A DNA stretch of 64,000 nt, taken from assembly GCA_010909165.1 (NCBI GenBank), contig MU008212.1, positions 62,001-126,000 on the forward strand. Reading direction: 5' to 3'. The position numbers and the translations under genes were made by a program. The notes under the pieces are model-generated. The model was not told the DNA's origin and ran no database searches. It worked only from the letters and a program-made list of their open reading frames with translations. Position 1 is the stretch's first letter. Every line of letters begins with the position of its first letter. Source of the DNA: Anthoceros angustus (taxonomy: Eukaryota; Plantae; Anthocerotophyta). Shown piece by piece: positions 41,173 through 53,400 of the stretch.

Positions 41173-41559
41173 GAACACCTTTGCTTCCTCCAGTTGATAC
41201 TGCAGGAAGTGGTGACGAACGGATTGATTCCGATGATCTCGACAATGTTGAATCTTGATGCATCCGTTGATTATTTGGTGGACTTGCTTGAAGGTGTGGA
41301 CTCGGTGAGGAGCAGATCGCAACCCACCCAGGATTCTAAATTTTGAGGTTGGCCAAGATAGAGTCATGAAGTCTCAGACAGTGACATAGCAAGGATGTAA
41401 CCAAAGGTCGTTTTTTGATTTATGAGTCGTTTGTTGGTGCTGCACCGGACGTCCGGGTTTTTGTCCGGGATTGATGGTGCACTGGACGTGCGGGTTTTTT
41501 GTCTGCGGGTTGATGCTGGACCGGATGTCCGGTTGTTTGTTGGTTCTCAATGTATGGAA

Positions 41560-42780
41560 GGCATGATTCATGTTCACCGGTATAGCTTGCGCTTCCCTCC
41601 TCTTGGTCCCCCTACCAGAGCAGCCATCCCCGGGAGCTACTACGACGGGAATGGAGCTGGTGCCGTGAGCCCCAGCAGCAACTGCTCCGGACCGACTTGG
41701 GAGCCCACGGACGGAAGCGAAGAAGCAGCCCAACCCCAGATCACGAGGACAGCTCCGGTGTCCTTACCTCTGCCGACGGAATGGCGAGGCGAAGAGGCGA
41801 TGAAGCGGAGCGAGATCATGAGTGCAAAAGGTTGGCGGCAACCCACCAGTGGTCCTATCCTCTACGAGGAGAGGAAAGCGGGCTAGTTCTCGGACTCCCT
41901 CACCTGCCGGACCCTAAGCGGAGACGTGCGGAGAAGGAGCTGGCGGCGAAGAAGGCCAAGGAGGTCGAAGGGAAGGGCCTCGGGCAGACCGAGGACTGAG
42001 GGTCCTAATTGGGTCCAGTCCTCAACCCGGACTCACTCCGGACGGCGGTATGGTAATCCTTAATGGACCGGGAGATGCCTACGCCCTCGGCGGATTTCTT
42101 GGGGGCCTCACCAGTGACGGCCATGGAGGAAACAGAGTGAGTTTTGGAAACTGTCATGGACGGCATGTTATGGGGACTCTATGGGACGGCAGAGAAGACC
42201 CAAGAAGTGGAGGCCACCCGAAGGTGAACGGCGGAGCTCCAGAGTCAGACGGAGGCAGCACAGGTTGCCAAGAAGGCGGAGTCCCTCGCCAGAATCGAGG
42301 AGGAGAAGCGCCGGACCGTCGAAACGGAGGCAAGGTCCGCCCAGCAAGATAGGGCCAGGGTGCTTCAGCTGTGCAAATAGCTGAAGCATGCTCAGGAGGC
42401 CTTGCAGTGCGGAGGACTGTCTTGGGAAGGGAGGTAGTAAGGAAGGCTGAGGGAGCACGTCGACAAGCGGAGGAGGCCAAAGAATTGCCGCCGCGCCTCC
42501 GTCCTAGTCTGTCAGGGCTCGACGGGAGGGTCAGGACGGACCTTGTCACTACTGGTGCTACTGACACTAGCTCCATCCCGTCGCTGACCGGCGAGGCTAT
42601 TTGCTCAGATTAGGCACCAAGAGAAGGCGGGATTTCTTCCGGACTTCCTTGGAGGGGAGGGAGTCCGTTCCAGGCGGATGGCATCTGGAATGCCCTCCTG
42701 TCTTCCTCCTCCTGCGCACGTCGTGCCTTGACCGGTCGGCTGTCCAGGTCTTGCGCTTCTCCTTACCGTTTCCCCTCCGG
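41560..42780 (+). mobile_element. Fragment homologous to the LINE A ORF1-like region, in the opposite orientation
   Basis: RRAEKELAAKKAKE and gggtcctaattgggtcc..acccggactcactccgga match the reverse complement of ~31460-31570 (EKELAKRAKE). Confidence 0.65.
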
Positions 42781-44300
42781 TAGGGTGGCCAGCCCCCATC
42801 AGAGGGCTCATTCCTCCTCTCTCTCCTTCAAGAGATTGAGGTGTTTTCGAACATTTACAACAAGGGTTCCTAACTAATATGATGTGGCATGGATTTTACA
42901 ACAGGGGTTTGTTGACATGGCATGTTGACTAATTACAACGAGGGTTTGTTGACATGGCATGTTGACATTGTTGTTTGCAATGAGCTTGCCATGTCAGCAA
43001 ATAATAAATTTATTTATAGAATGGTTTCTCGAATTTATGTTATATTATTGGATTATTTATTTTTATTATATATTTACTGTCGTGGCACATGCGTCGTAAC
43101 TATGGTTGTAAAATGCACAAGCTAGCCAATATCCATGAATAAATATATTATTTGATGATGTGGCATGTTTGTCGCAAATGCCATTGTAAAATTGTAAAAG
43201 AGACCTTTTCCTTATTTATGTAATTTATGAGGTTATCTATTAGTAAGATTGCCGATGTAGCATGCTTGTCGCAAATGCCGTTGTAAATATGTGGAAGAGT
43301 CCTTTTCCTGATTTATGTCATTTATGAGGTTATATATTAGTGAAATTGATGTGGCATGTTCATTGCAAATACATTGTAAATGTTATACAAATTTATCGAT
43401 TTATAAATAGTGCCAAGCATTGTAAATGTCGGTGTAAAATTTTCGTGGCCAAGTTGTCAAAAGCAGGCGTGCATCTTCCGGTTACACTTGGCATCTGGAA
43501 TGCCCTCTGTCTTCCTCCTCCCGCGCGCCGCAGGCCTTGACCTTGTGCAGCCCAGTGTCGCGCCTCTCACTGCTTTTCCTCCTAGGGTGGCCCATCGAGG
43601 GCTCATTCCTCCTCTCTCTCCTTCAAGAGATTGAGGTGTTTTCGAACATTTACAACAAGGGTTCCTAACTAATATGATGTGGCATGGATTTTACAACAGG
43701 GGTTTGTTGACATGGCATGTTGACACGAATTTTACAACGAGGGTTTGTTGACATGGCATGTTGACATTGTTGTTTGCAATGAGCTTGCCATGTCAGCAAA
43801 TAATAAATTTATTTATAGAATGGTTTCTCGAATTTATGTTATATTATTGGATTATTTATTTTTATTATATATTTACTGTCGTGGCACATGCGTCGTAACT
43901 ATGGTTGTAAAATGCACAAGCCAATATCCATGAATAAATATATTATTTGATGATGTGGCATGTTTGTCGCAAATGCCATTGTAAAATTGTAAAAGAGACC
44001 TTTTCCTTATTTATGTAATTTATGAGGTTATCTATTAGTAAGATTGCCGATGTAGCATGCTTGTCGCAAATGCCGTTGTAAATATGTGGAAGAGTCCTTT
44101 TCCTGATTTATGTCATTTATGAGGTTATATATTAGTGAAATTGCTGATGTGGCATGTTCATTGCAAATACATTGTAAAATGTTATACAAATTTATCGATT
44201 TATAAATAGTGCCAGCGCATTGTAAATGTCGGTGTAAGAATTTTCGTGGCCAAGTTGTCAAAAACGAGGCGTGCATCTTCCAGTTCGCCACACTTGGCAT
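42679..44300. repeat. ~810-bp tandem duplication of an AT-rich TE subterminal-like block (gatgtggcatg/ttgacatggcatg motifs)
   Basis: tggcatctggaatgccctc at 42679 and ~43490; the bodies are near-identical. Confidence 0.9.
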
Positions 44301-44512
44301 ACAGGTCCACTAGGGTTTAGGCACCCACAAGTACGTTATCCAAATGTCCTCTTTGCACAAGATGTGAGTGCAGCTCCCTGCCCTTCTGTAAGGCACCAAC
44401 GCTTGCACAAAGGCAAGCAAAAGTAACCTCATCAGCGACAATCAGGCCCTCCTTTTGCGTTCGTCCATACAAAAATAACGCCTCTTGAACAAGCTCTTTC
44501 TGTCCATACCCA
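44238..44512 (-). pseudogene. PLS-class pentatricopeptide repeat (PPR) gene fragment
   Basis: Minus strand, with small deletions: GYGQKELVQEALFLYGRTQKEGLIVADEVTFACL/CASVGALQKGRELHSHLVQRGHLDNVLVG/LVDLYAKCGELEDARLVFDNLATK. Confidence 0.88.
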
Positions 44513-44800
44513 CCCTACTAGAAAAGGCAGCCTATGTTACAGTCGTTGTTACATTTTTATGTTACACTTCTAAATTGCAACATGCTTTGGAGGCTTGGTA
44601 TTAAGTTTGTCACTTCTTTCCTCATGTGGTGCCACCATCTTAACACGAACTTGGCTCTCTCTCTTACCACCTCACCCTCATAACTACACGCCCTCTCTCA
44701 CAAGCATTGTTTATGATTTCCCACGTGCAATTGCAACATGAGTGTAACAAGGAACCCCCTCTCTCTCCCCTATAATCTTCCCCTCTTTATTACACCCCCT
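44513..44800 (+). mobile_element. Second CCCTACTAGAAAAGG element end, truncating the PPR fragment
   Basis: Colinear with 26866-27100. Confidence 0.65.
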
Positions 44801-45310
44801 TGGAGAACTATTTATTTATGTTTCACCTTGCTCCCTTCATTGCACCCTCCCTAACATGGACCAGCAACTCTTCACCATTTCTTTATTAATATTTTTGCTT
44901 GACCATAGCTATTCATGGGTTAAAGCCTAATTTTTTTAGCCTTATGCCATACATATATATAGAAGATAATTGTAGGTTATCTATGTATGTATGATATATA
45001 GATACGTATGAGTGAATTGCAATAGCTATATTTTATTTATTTCCATTCCACAGAATCGGACAAGTTGCATGTGTACTATGTATCTGTACATGATGCACAC
45101 GGCCGTGTGTGCTGTTGTTTTACATGGCACATGCATATTTTCTATGTATAAGCGCGACACATACATAAATACATCTTGTCCGTTTTGCCTTCTATGTATA
45201 CTCACGACACATACATAAATACATCTCGTCCGTTTGCCTTCCCGATCATGTCCAGTTGCAAAATCGCGTGCTGACCAGGCCTTCCCGATCATGTCCAGTT
45301 GCAAAATCGT

Positions 45311-45388
45311 GCCGACCAGGGAATTCGAACTCTCGACCTTCTGGTTATCGACTCCGGCCTCCTCCACAAAACCAACGCACCCTACACA
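45311..45388 (-). other. Degenerate tRNA-like/SINE-head sequence
   Basis: Minus strand ...aaccagaaggtcgagaGTTCGAATTccc has a B-box/T-arm-like motif; no clean cloverleaf. Confidence 0.3.
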
Positions 45389-46479
45389 TTATGATTGGGT
45401 ATTCTAGGAAATTAACACTGCAGAGGGATTGGGCATGATAGGCGCAACCTTCTATCCCCCTTTCTCCTTCAGCCGGGTTGTCATGTCACCCTGTTTGTCC
45501 GCTTGTCATGTCACCCTGTTTGTCCGCCATCATCCTGTTCATGACATTTTTGGGAGGAGTATAAGCCTGTATCGTTGAAGTTCGTTGATATGAGTGTTAC
45601 GAAGTAGAACCAGACCATCATTACGTACATGGGATTCGACCTTGTGAACATGAAGAGGCATTGCATTTATAGGGTGCGCTCCATCAATGGCGCATTTGTG
45701 TGGCCATCGCAGATAATCCGATCCAGTGCATGCCGACTACAGCTAATTGTTGAAATGCTCCTCATGGTATTTCTCTATGTACCAATTGTTAAGGTTAGAT
45801 ATAACATCAATAGATACCGGTGTTGATGAATGTGTGAGAAATTATCTCACTATGGGATTTGCTCTAGGAGTACATTGTAGTGCGGCCTATGTAAAGCTAG
45901 CCTCCCTGTACTAACTTATGATGTTTGTGATGTTATACTTATTTATGATGTTTGTGATGGCCTGATGCACAATTATGTCTTCACGAGTCATATCAAAGGG
46001 ATGACAATTAAAGAACAAGAGTGATCATGCATGACATACCCTAGAAGTAAGTCTCAATGATGCATAGTTAAGACACAAGAGCCAAGACAATTATTCAATA
46101 TGAGTATGTAACACATCACTTAATAATGTACCAATAAGACACCCACGAAAACAACTATTTAATATCTAGTGCTAGTATCTCAAATATTTGTCCGACCCAC
46201 AACAACTATCACATGTTTAAAATTGAAGATATAGGCAGAAAATAATTTAGTAATCATCAAAGCCTTTTTGTGGGAAAGCGAAATAATATGTATTTACATT
46301 TCTAAGCATGGAATGACGTTGCATTTGAGTTTTAATGCTCATGACCTAGCTGTCAAATTTTACATACCTGGATAGAACCTTAACTTTAGGGAACATAGTT
46401 TTGAAACGAAGAATATGCAAACATTTACGTATTTGGGCCTGTCTAGGGCCGCCTCTCCGCCCAGCCGTGTCTTCCCGCC

Positions 46480-48130
46480 GTTGGCGGTGATTCTCACATC
46501 CTCGGGCACAGGGACAAAGTCAAGGAGGCCTTTGAGATATTCTCTTAGAGCTTTCGTTGGTGGGCTTGAAGGTCAAGATGTCCAAGTGCAGCGTCTGGTC
46601 CCGTCGGGATCGCCTACTCTGCGGTTTCTATGGGGAGATTGCTCGGCTCTTGGTGCAGTTCTTGGGGTCCCCTTTGGTTCCCAGAGCTTCATTGGGAGCT
46701 TCTGGACAAGGCCCTTGCAGAGGACCTCTCCCATATTGAGACCTCCCTTTCTTTGGAGGATGCTCGGGTGGCCTTTGGAATCCTTTCCTCATTTTCTAGT
46801 ACACTGGGTACCTCATCCGTACGCTGCCTCCGTCTCCGGTCCTTTTGTCCCGGCTCCGGGGGTTTGATACGAAGATTATGGATACTCTTGGGGACATCCT
46901 GGGCTCAGGGGCTTTTGAGTGCCACAGGGGCGTCAGCCCAGCAAGCATCTGCTGTGCAATTTGGGCGTGGGGTGCTCTCATCGGAGGTCTCTTCCCCGGC
47001 GGCTTTCTTGGGGAGTTGGGCCCTCTCTGCCCCTGCCTTGGCTTCCCGTTTCATCCTCCATGACAAGCCCTTTCTCGAGGATCTCGTATCAAGTGTGGAG
47101 GAGGAACCTTCTCTCTCAATCGTCCTTGAGGCGGGCCGGAGACATGTTATCGGCGGATGCTCGGAAGGACTTCCCTCCTTTCTCTACATTTATCAGATGG
47201 CTTTAGGGATTGCGAGGCATCTACGCTCGAGCTCGGCCGAGCTTTTGATCATCCTCGGGACCCCTCCATCTCCGAGGTCCACTAGGCGCGGCTCGCTCTT
47301 GTTGCAGGAAGGGAGGCGGTGCAGCTCTTGGCCGCCCATGCATCAGGATTTCACATCGCACCAACCACCTTCACTCTGCGATGCGATTCCGTCTCGGCCT
47401 ACTCCGACTGTGGCTTCTTGCTCCTCACTTGTGAGTGCGGCTCTGCTCTTGGCGTCTCGGTGTCCACCTTGCTCGTTGTCCCCAGAGTCGCCGCATTGCC
47501 ACTCATGGCGCCATCCGTGGCGTCATGTTTGCCATTGCTCGCGAAAGTGGCTATATGGCTGGAGGGAGGCGGGAGTATACTCTTCTTCTGGTCGTTCAAT
47601 CGGCGGACTTATACCTTGTCCGTGGCGACGGTTGTGGTGGCGGATGTAGTGGTTCTTGACCTGCGTGGCGCCACCTCGCTGTCATCACCAATCCGTGGGG
47701 CTGCCGTCTGCGGCTCTCAAGGTCAAGTATAGCGGGATGCAAGCGGGCCACCTCTTTATCCGCTTGCTCTAAAGCGTATGGGGCAATGGTGAGGACTTTG
47801 ACAAATTCATCAAGTCTTGTGCCAAAGCTTACCATCTTGAGGCATAGTCTGTGTCCCTCTCGTACTTCCCGGCATACTTCCGGCGGGTTTCTATTGCTCT
47901 TCAGGCGCTCTCAGCGGCGATTCTCCATAAGGCGGCGGCGGTGGGTGATGCCTTTTCCTCTTCCTCTCATGGTTTGCGGGCCGTTTATTCTACACGCATA
48001 TGACATTGTGTGCGATTGGTCACTTTAGGTAGGGAGCTCAGTTGCTCCTCTTCACTCCGACCCCCGGGTCCCCATTTGTTGTCCCCTCCTAGATGGTCTC
48101 TTTCCATCGTTCTTTCACCTCAATAAATCA
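46480..48130 (+). mobile_element. 5'-truncated CRE-like non-LTR retrotransposon (RT end plus restriction-like endonuclease)
   Basis: GDSHILG (RT xDD remnant), VGLKVKMSKCSVWS, VLGVPFGS.SF, AAFLGSW, C.CG...H, HGAIRGVMFAIARESGY..RE..ADL.L..VVADVVV.D; aataaa at ~48122. Confidence 0.7.
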
Positions 48131-50466
48131 TCCATCTTTCTGTGACTACCAGAATATCATATTTTATCAAAATATAATGTTTTTATAAAATAAAATTTTA
48201 TTGATATTTTATAAGAAATAAAAACTAAGAAGATATCATGATAAATTCAAGTGCCTACATCAGAGCAATGGGATACATATATGATAAAATCCATACGAGG
48301 GAGGCAGCAGGCCAGCCAAAGGGCTTCTTGAAACACGGTCTCCAAAGGTTAATATAAAAATATATCGTTTTTATCGCCCTGGTACCTAATACAGTATGTA
48401 TTGTAGAGCGTACCGCAGGAAGCATTGGTGGCATAACGCGAGCCTGTGGATGCGAGCAGTTGAAAGCAGTTGTGGGCGCAAAGAAAACAATGGCGGCCAT
48501 CACAGGACTAGAAGCGGGCGCGGTGGGCGCGGAAAGGTTTGCTTGTCCCGATTCCGAATTGGAAGGTCGGACCAACAGTCGTCCAGTCTCTATTCCTCGT
48601 GAGTTTCCTTCTTTCCTTCCCAGTTCCGGTGCGATATTTGCATCAGGCTTACGACAGCCCCGCAGTCCGGGCCCCAGCTTTGTCAGAATGACAGCTGCTG
48701 GCAACCCTGAATGATCCTGGGCTCCAACTCATCCTGACCATCCACCATCCCTTACATCACGATTCACTGATTCACTCCTACCCCGAGCACTAGCGAGAGA
48801 CTGATTAGGCGCAATTGGGCATGTTATTAGTAGGGAACTGGGATCGAGAGGCGTCTCGGGCGTTCGGGCGTCTCGGGCTTCGCGCCAGACGAGTGGCCAC
48901 ATATCCGCGTTCACCCGCAACAGGACAAGTGATGAGCAGTTTGAATCGGGGTGGGTCGACGCGCAGGTCGAGGACTGTCCGACTGGAGGACTTGGAGCAT
49001 GGCAATCCATAAGCCATCAGCTCTTCCACGTTGACCTAATTTGCGCTTTCCCGCAAGTGCACAGGACTGGTCTGGTCTTCGTAACCCCGTCGCCCATGTC
49101 TATCTCGCTTGCGCGTCGCCGAAAGTTCAAACCCCGCCCCCGAAACTACACACACATAATAATATTATAATCAGCTTAAAGCTGATTGGGTTGTTGTGGC
49201 CCACAACTGCTATTTCAGAATTTCCGTACCTCGAATGATGGACAGCAAAAGCATCGGGCAAGCATCGAACCCGGTGTCATGTTTTCCAATAATAAGTCCA
49301 CTCTCAACCTTTCTCCGCCCGGGCCCCTGGTACGCTACTCCAGCCTCTCCGATATGTTCACACTGGACACTTGAGAGGACACTCCACTGTCATGTGGAAC
49401 CCTCAGCACCTAATCTGTCTTAAAACACTAAAACACAGCAATGCAAACATCCCAGGGTTCGGAGTGTGCAAAATGAGAGTCTCAACTCCGTCACCCTCGA
49501 AAACATAGGAGGCCGGCCAAACCAAAGGCTCCATCAGAACACACATCCCATCCCTGCCAAGTTTTCAGACAGCTGAGAGAGTTGAAATGCTATCATCACC
49601 TGCAGCATTGCAGCAACGACTGCATAGTCACGGATAACACATGAACAGCCTCTTCCACTGATCCACCGTAATTGGCTGATGAGGAAGCATGTCGATCTCC
49701 TCCGCAGTAAAGAGTACCAGATCTACCTTTTCGAACTCCCGGCGGTGGCAAGCACCCCGCACTTGACGCGACGGCATACTGTTGAAGACTGCACAGGTAA
49801 AGTAACAACCCCAAGGACAGGACAAAGGAAAGTGCCGATAGGCAAATCCGTCATAAGTCCTCATACGCTGGATGGAACAACATTTCTGACAGGTTTCAAG
49901 AGCGATGCTTGCGCTGCTTCACGGAAGTGCGAGGAGCGGTTTGCTGGAAGGTGATCCGGGGGTTTGAAGCTCATCAATCAGCGTGGAGAGCACTGGAGTG
50001 TGGTAAACGCGGGGTCATGGAACGGTGAGACGTTTTAGGCGATTAATTGATGATGAGAGAGCTGGCAAAAAGGAAGCCGGGCAGAACAAGCAGAATCAAA
50101 GGACTGGTCGAGGAGAGAGGAGGAGGATCTGAAGAGAGAGAAGGGCAGGGCGGGGCAGGGCTGGGCCTGTCCTGCCGCTGCGAGAGCACAGCAGACAGCT
50201 CCCCAGACGCTACGGACTCCCAGCTCAGCTCGGCCCGGGCCAGGTTGCGGCTTATGTCACGAAATCGATTCGGAGGCACTGGTCCTAGAGCGCGTCGCGT
50301 TTGTGTTAGGCCGAGTGCGGGGGCTGCGGAGGAATGGTTAACAGGTATGGCAGCCGCTGCAGGAGCTGCAGCCACAGCTACAGTATGTTCGCTAAGGGCA
50401 GCGGGTATGGGACCTAGGGGCATGGTGCTTGGAGCTGGGAGGAGGTGGGTGAGGTGAATTGACTTG

Positions 50467-53400
50467 ATGGCGGAGCGTAGGAATCCCTCTGGTGACAGGC
50501 TCAGCATTATGGACTTGTTCAACAGGAAGGTGTTGAAGAAGGGTCGTGGGCATCTGCATCCTACCGCCCAGCGCTCCTCCTCTTCCAGCCCTAGCGGCTG
50601 TGAGGATCTTATTTTCACTAGGCCCAGAGTGCACGCAGATGATTCCGATCCCAGCGGATGGCAGTACGCGGGGAACGGGTCGGGGTCGCCGCTTGCGGGA
50701 GGGCATCGCCAGGTGGAGGGGCCTTACTTCAACGTGCCCAATGGATCCAACCGTGGCTACAATTTGCAGTGGGCAGGGACTGGAGGCAACACGCCGTTGC
50801 GGGGAAATTATGGGCAGGGGGAGGATGCCCCTTCTCCTCCGCGGAAGTCGTCGGCTAATGGATCGCACCATGCTGCCGGCTCCGTGCACAAGGTGCTCAA
50901 GCTACTTGGTGCCGACAATGTGACGGAGACCAAGGACATCCTGTCTTATGTGAAGGATCATGTGGAGAATGGGTATTCGCCCACTTCTGGAGACTCGTCC
51001 ATTTCCAGCTCCGAGAGGTCGGATAGGCATTCGGACGGTTCTCCAAGGGGCCATATGGTGGATGGTAGGGGAGCTCCTCGCCCTCGGACGCTGGGGCAGC
51101 ACATTGATCTCGATACTCCTCGGCGGAGCCATTCGGATGGGCAGCGGGTCGCTGCGCGGGAAATGGCTTTGGAACGTTTCCCTTCTGATGGTGTGACTCT
51201 GTACAGGTCTCTGGTGGAGAATGAGGATTCTGACAGCAGGTCGCTGTCTCCCAAATCTAATAACAGTCCTGGTGAGGATTCTGTCACCACCCTCGAGCAG
51301 TCGTCGGCCTCTACGCCTCAGCTGAGCCCTAGGGCCGATGGGCATCGCAGTCCTATTGTCAGTCCCCGCGGGACACATGCGAGTGTGAGTCCTGGTGGAT
51401 GGATGAATGGAACGGAGAGACTGCAACCAGGCTATGGCATGGTGCAGGGCAGTAACCAGGTGGGGCTTACGGATGCAACTCGTCACCCTCTTCCTCTTCC
51501 TGCTCCTCCTCCCAGTAGTCCTCGGTCCAAAACTACCTTGGGTGCGCGATCACCAGCTCGCAGAATGACAGCTGCAGAGGAATTCAGGCAGCGTGAGCAT
51601 GTGGAAAGCAGGACACGCAGCTCTCAGCAGGTTTCGCATGGGGAGATCACAGCTCTACTGGAGGGACTGCGGGGGATCGATATCCATGGTCAATCCCCTC
51701 GCCAGTCTCCTCACGCACGGTATCCTCGGTCACCCAGGATGGCAGAAAGTGGAGTGTATTCTAATGGGAAGCTGCCTGCTGGGAAGAATGGGGCTCGACA
51801 CATCGATCAGAGGCAGACTGCACGGATGTCACCACAGCCTTCTCCTCAACACTCTCCTCTACACTCTCCCAGAGGCAGAGACATCGGTATACCTGGTGAA
51901 GACTTGGGACGTGTTGAGCACAGGTCCGAGCACTCCCCGCCTCATCCTTCTACCTCAACATCGCCTCGGCCATCAATGGACAGGAGACTGGTTTCCGTTG
52001 AAATACCAGCTCCCCAGCCATCTGCTTCTGCATCTGTTCCTATGGCTGGAGCAATTTCTGGGAAGCAGTACTCCCCTTACCCATCTCCTCATGCATCCCC
52101 TCAGGTATCCCCGAGAATGGATCAGTCTTCAATATATGAATTTCCAAACCATCGGCGAACATCTCTCTTGCCGAATTTGTCGCCTCCACCATCTCCTCAT
52201 CGCTCTCCTCAGCCTTCAACAGCACCTGTCGTATCTCTTCCCAGAAAATGGAGAAGAGGTGATGTTCTTGGACGGGGAACCTTTGGAATTGTCTACGAAG
52301 GCCATAATGTGTGAGTGTCCAAAACCTCAAATTGCTTCCATGTTGATGTTGGTCAGGATAATCTCATGTGATTCTGTGATTCTGGATTTAAAATAATGTC
52401 ATGTGATGTGCGCTAAGATGGTCTCATGTGATATGTGTGTGTGAAGATAGTATCATGTGATGTGAGTCAGTGTCTGTGAGGTCTGCTATGATAAGTTTCA
52501 CACGATGTGGGTTAAGAACGTTTCACAATGCATGATCAAGTCTGCCACGTGAGTCACTAGAGTGTTAAGAAAATCTTTCATAGCACATGATTAAGTCTCA
52601 GGTGAGTTACTGGATTGTGAAGGAAAGAAAATCTTTCATAGTTCATGATCAAGTCTTTGAGTCGAGTCACTGTACTGTTCTCTTGATGGATGCATGATCT
52701 GTCCTGCTGCCACCGTCATAGTTGTGGATGGATGTCCTGTGCTATGGACGGGGATGAATCTTATGGCTGGTGGAACCCCGGTAGTTGTACTTCAGTCTCG
52801 TAGATAGCTTGCATGTATGAGAAGGGGATGCATGTCGTGGCTGTGGGCATGCCAATGGCTGTACTTAGTCTTTGTTGACGGCTTGCTTGTATGAAAAGGG
52901 ATTGTTGCTATGCAAACCTGGCTCCCAGGCAAGGACACAAGAGTTGGACTTGCAGCCTAAATGTTTCTCTGTTGGTTTGATGGATGCTTTTCGACCTTTT
53001 GCTTCCAAAAGCGAGACAGGAGGTTTTTTCGCAGTGAAGATCAGTGACGTTGAAGACATATCAGAGGCTGTTCGACAGGTATGTTGTTTGCTTCGTTGTG
53101 TGCATTTCTACTTTCATGTCCAATTTTGGGTGATTCAGATGCATGGTGTCCCTTGGACCTTGTGTGAGATGAAGATGGTAACCTGGCTTGGTTTTGCAGG
53201 AAGTCTCTCTTCTCAGCCAGCTGAGTCATCCAAACATTGTGCAGTATTTAGGAGCTTCAGTGGTAAGTAGCGTTGTTTCTGAGGAGCTCCCATGAACTGG
53301 CTTGAACATTCATTCTTTTGGGGCAGTCCAAGGAGCAACGAATATGTCTAATGGGCTGTTTTACAGGAGAAAGAGTGTCTCTATATTTTTCTTGAGCTCA

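Noticed and set aside
48255-49950. Possible spliced minus-strand transcript diverging from the MAPKKK (splice-like motifs at ~49790/49598 and ~49410/49230)
   Set aside because: The candidate exons do not join into an open, recognisable protein; it needs RNA data.
50043-50618. ORFs overlapping or preceding the MAPKKK start (possible uORF 50047-50457)
   Set aside because: GC-rich leader, low-complexity products and no conservation evidence.
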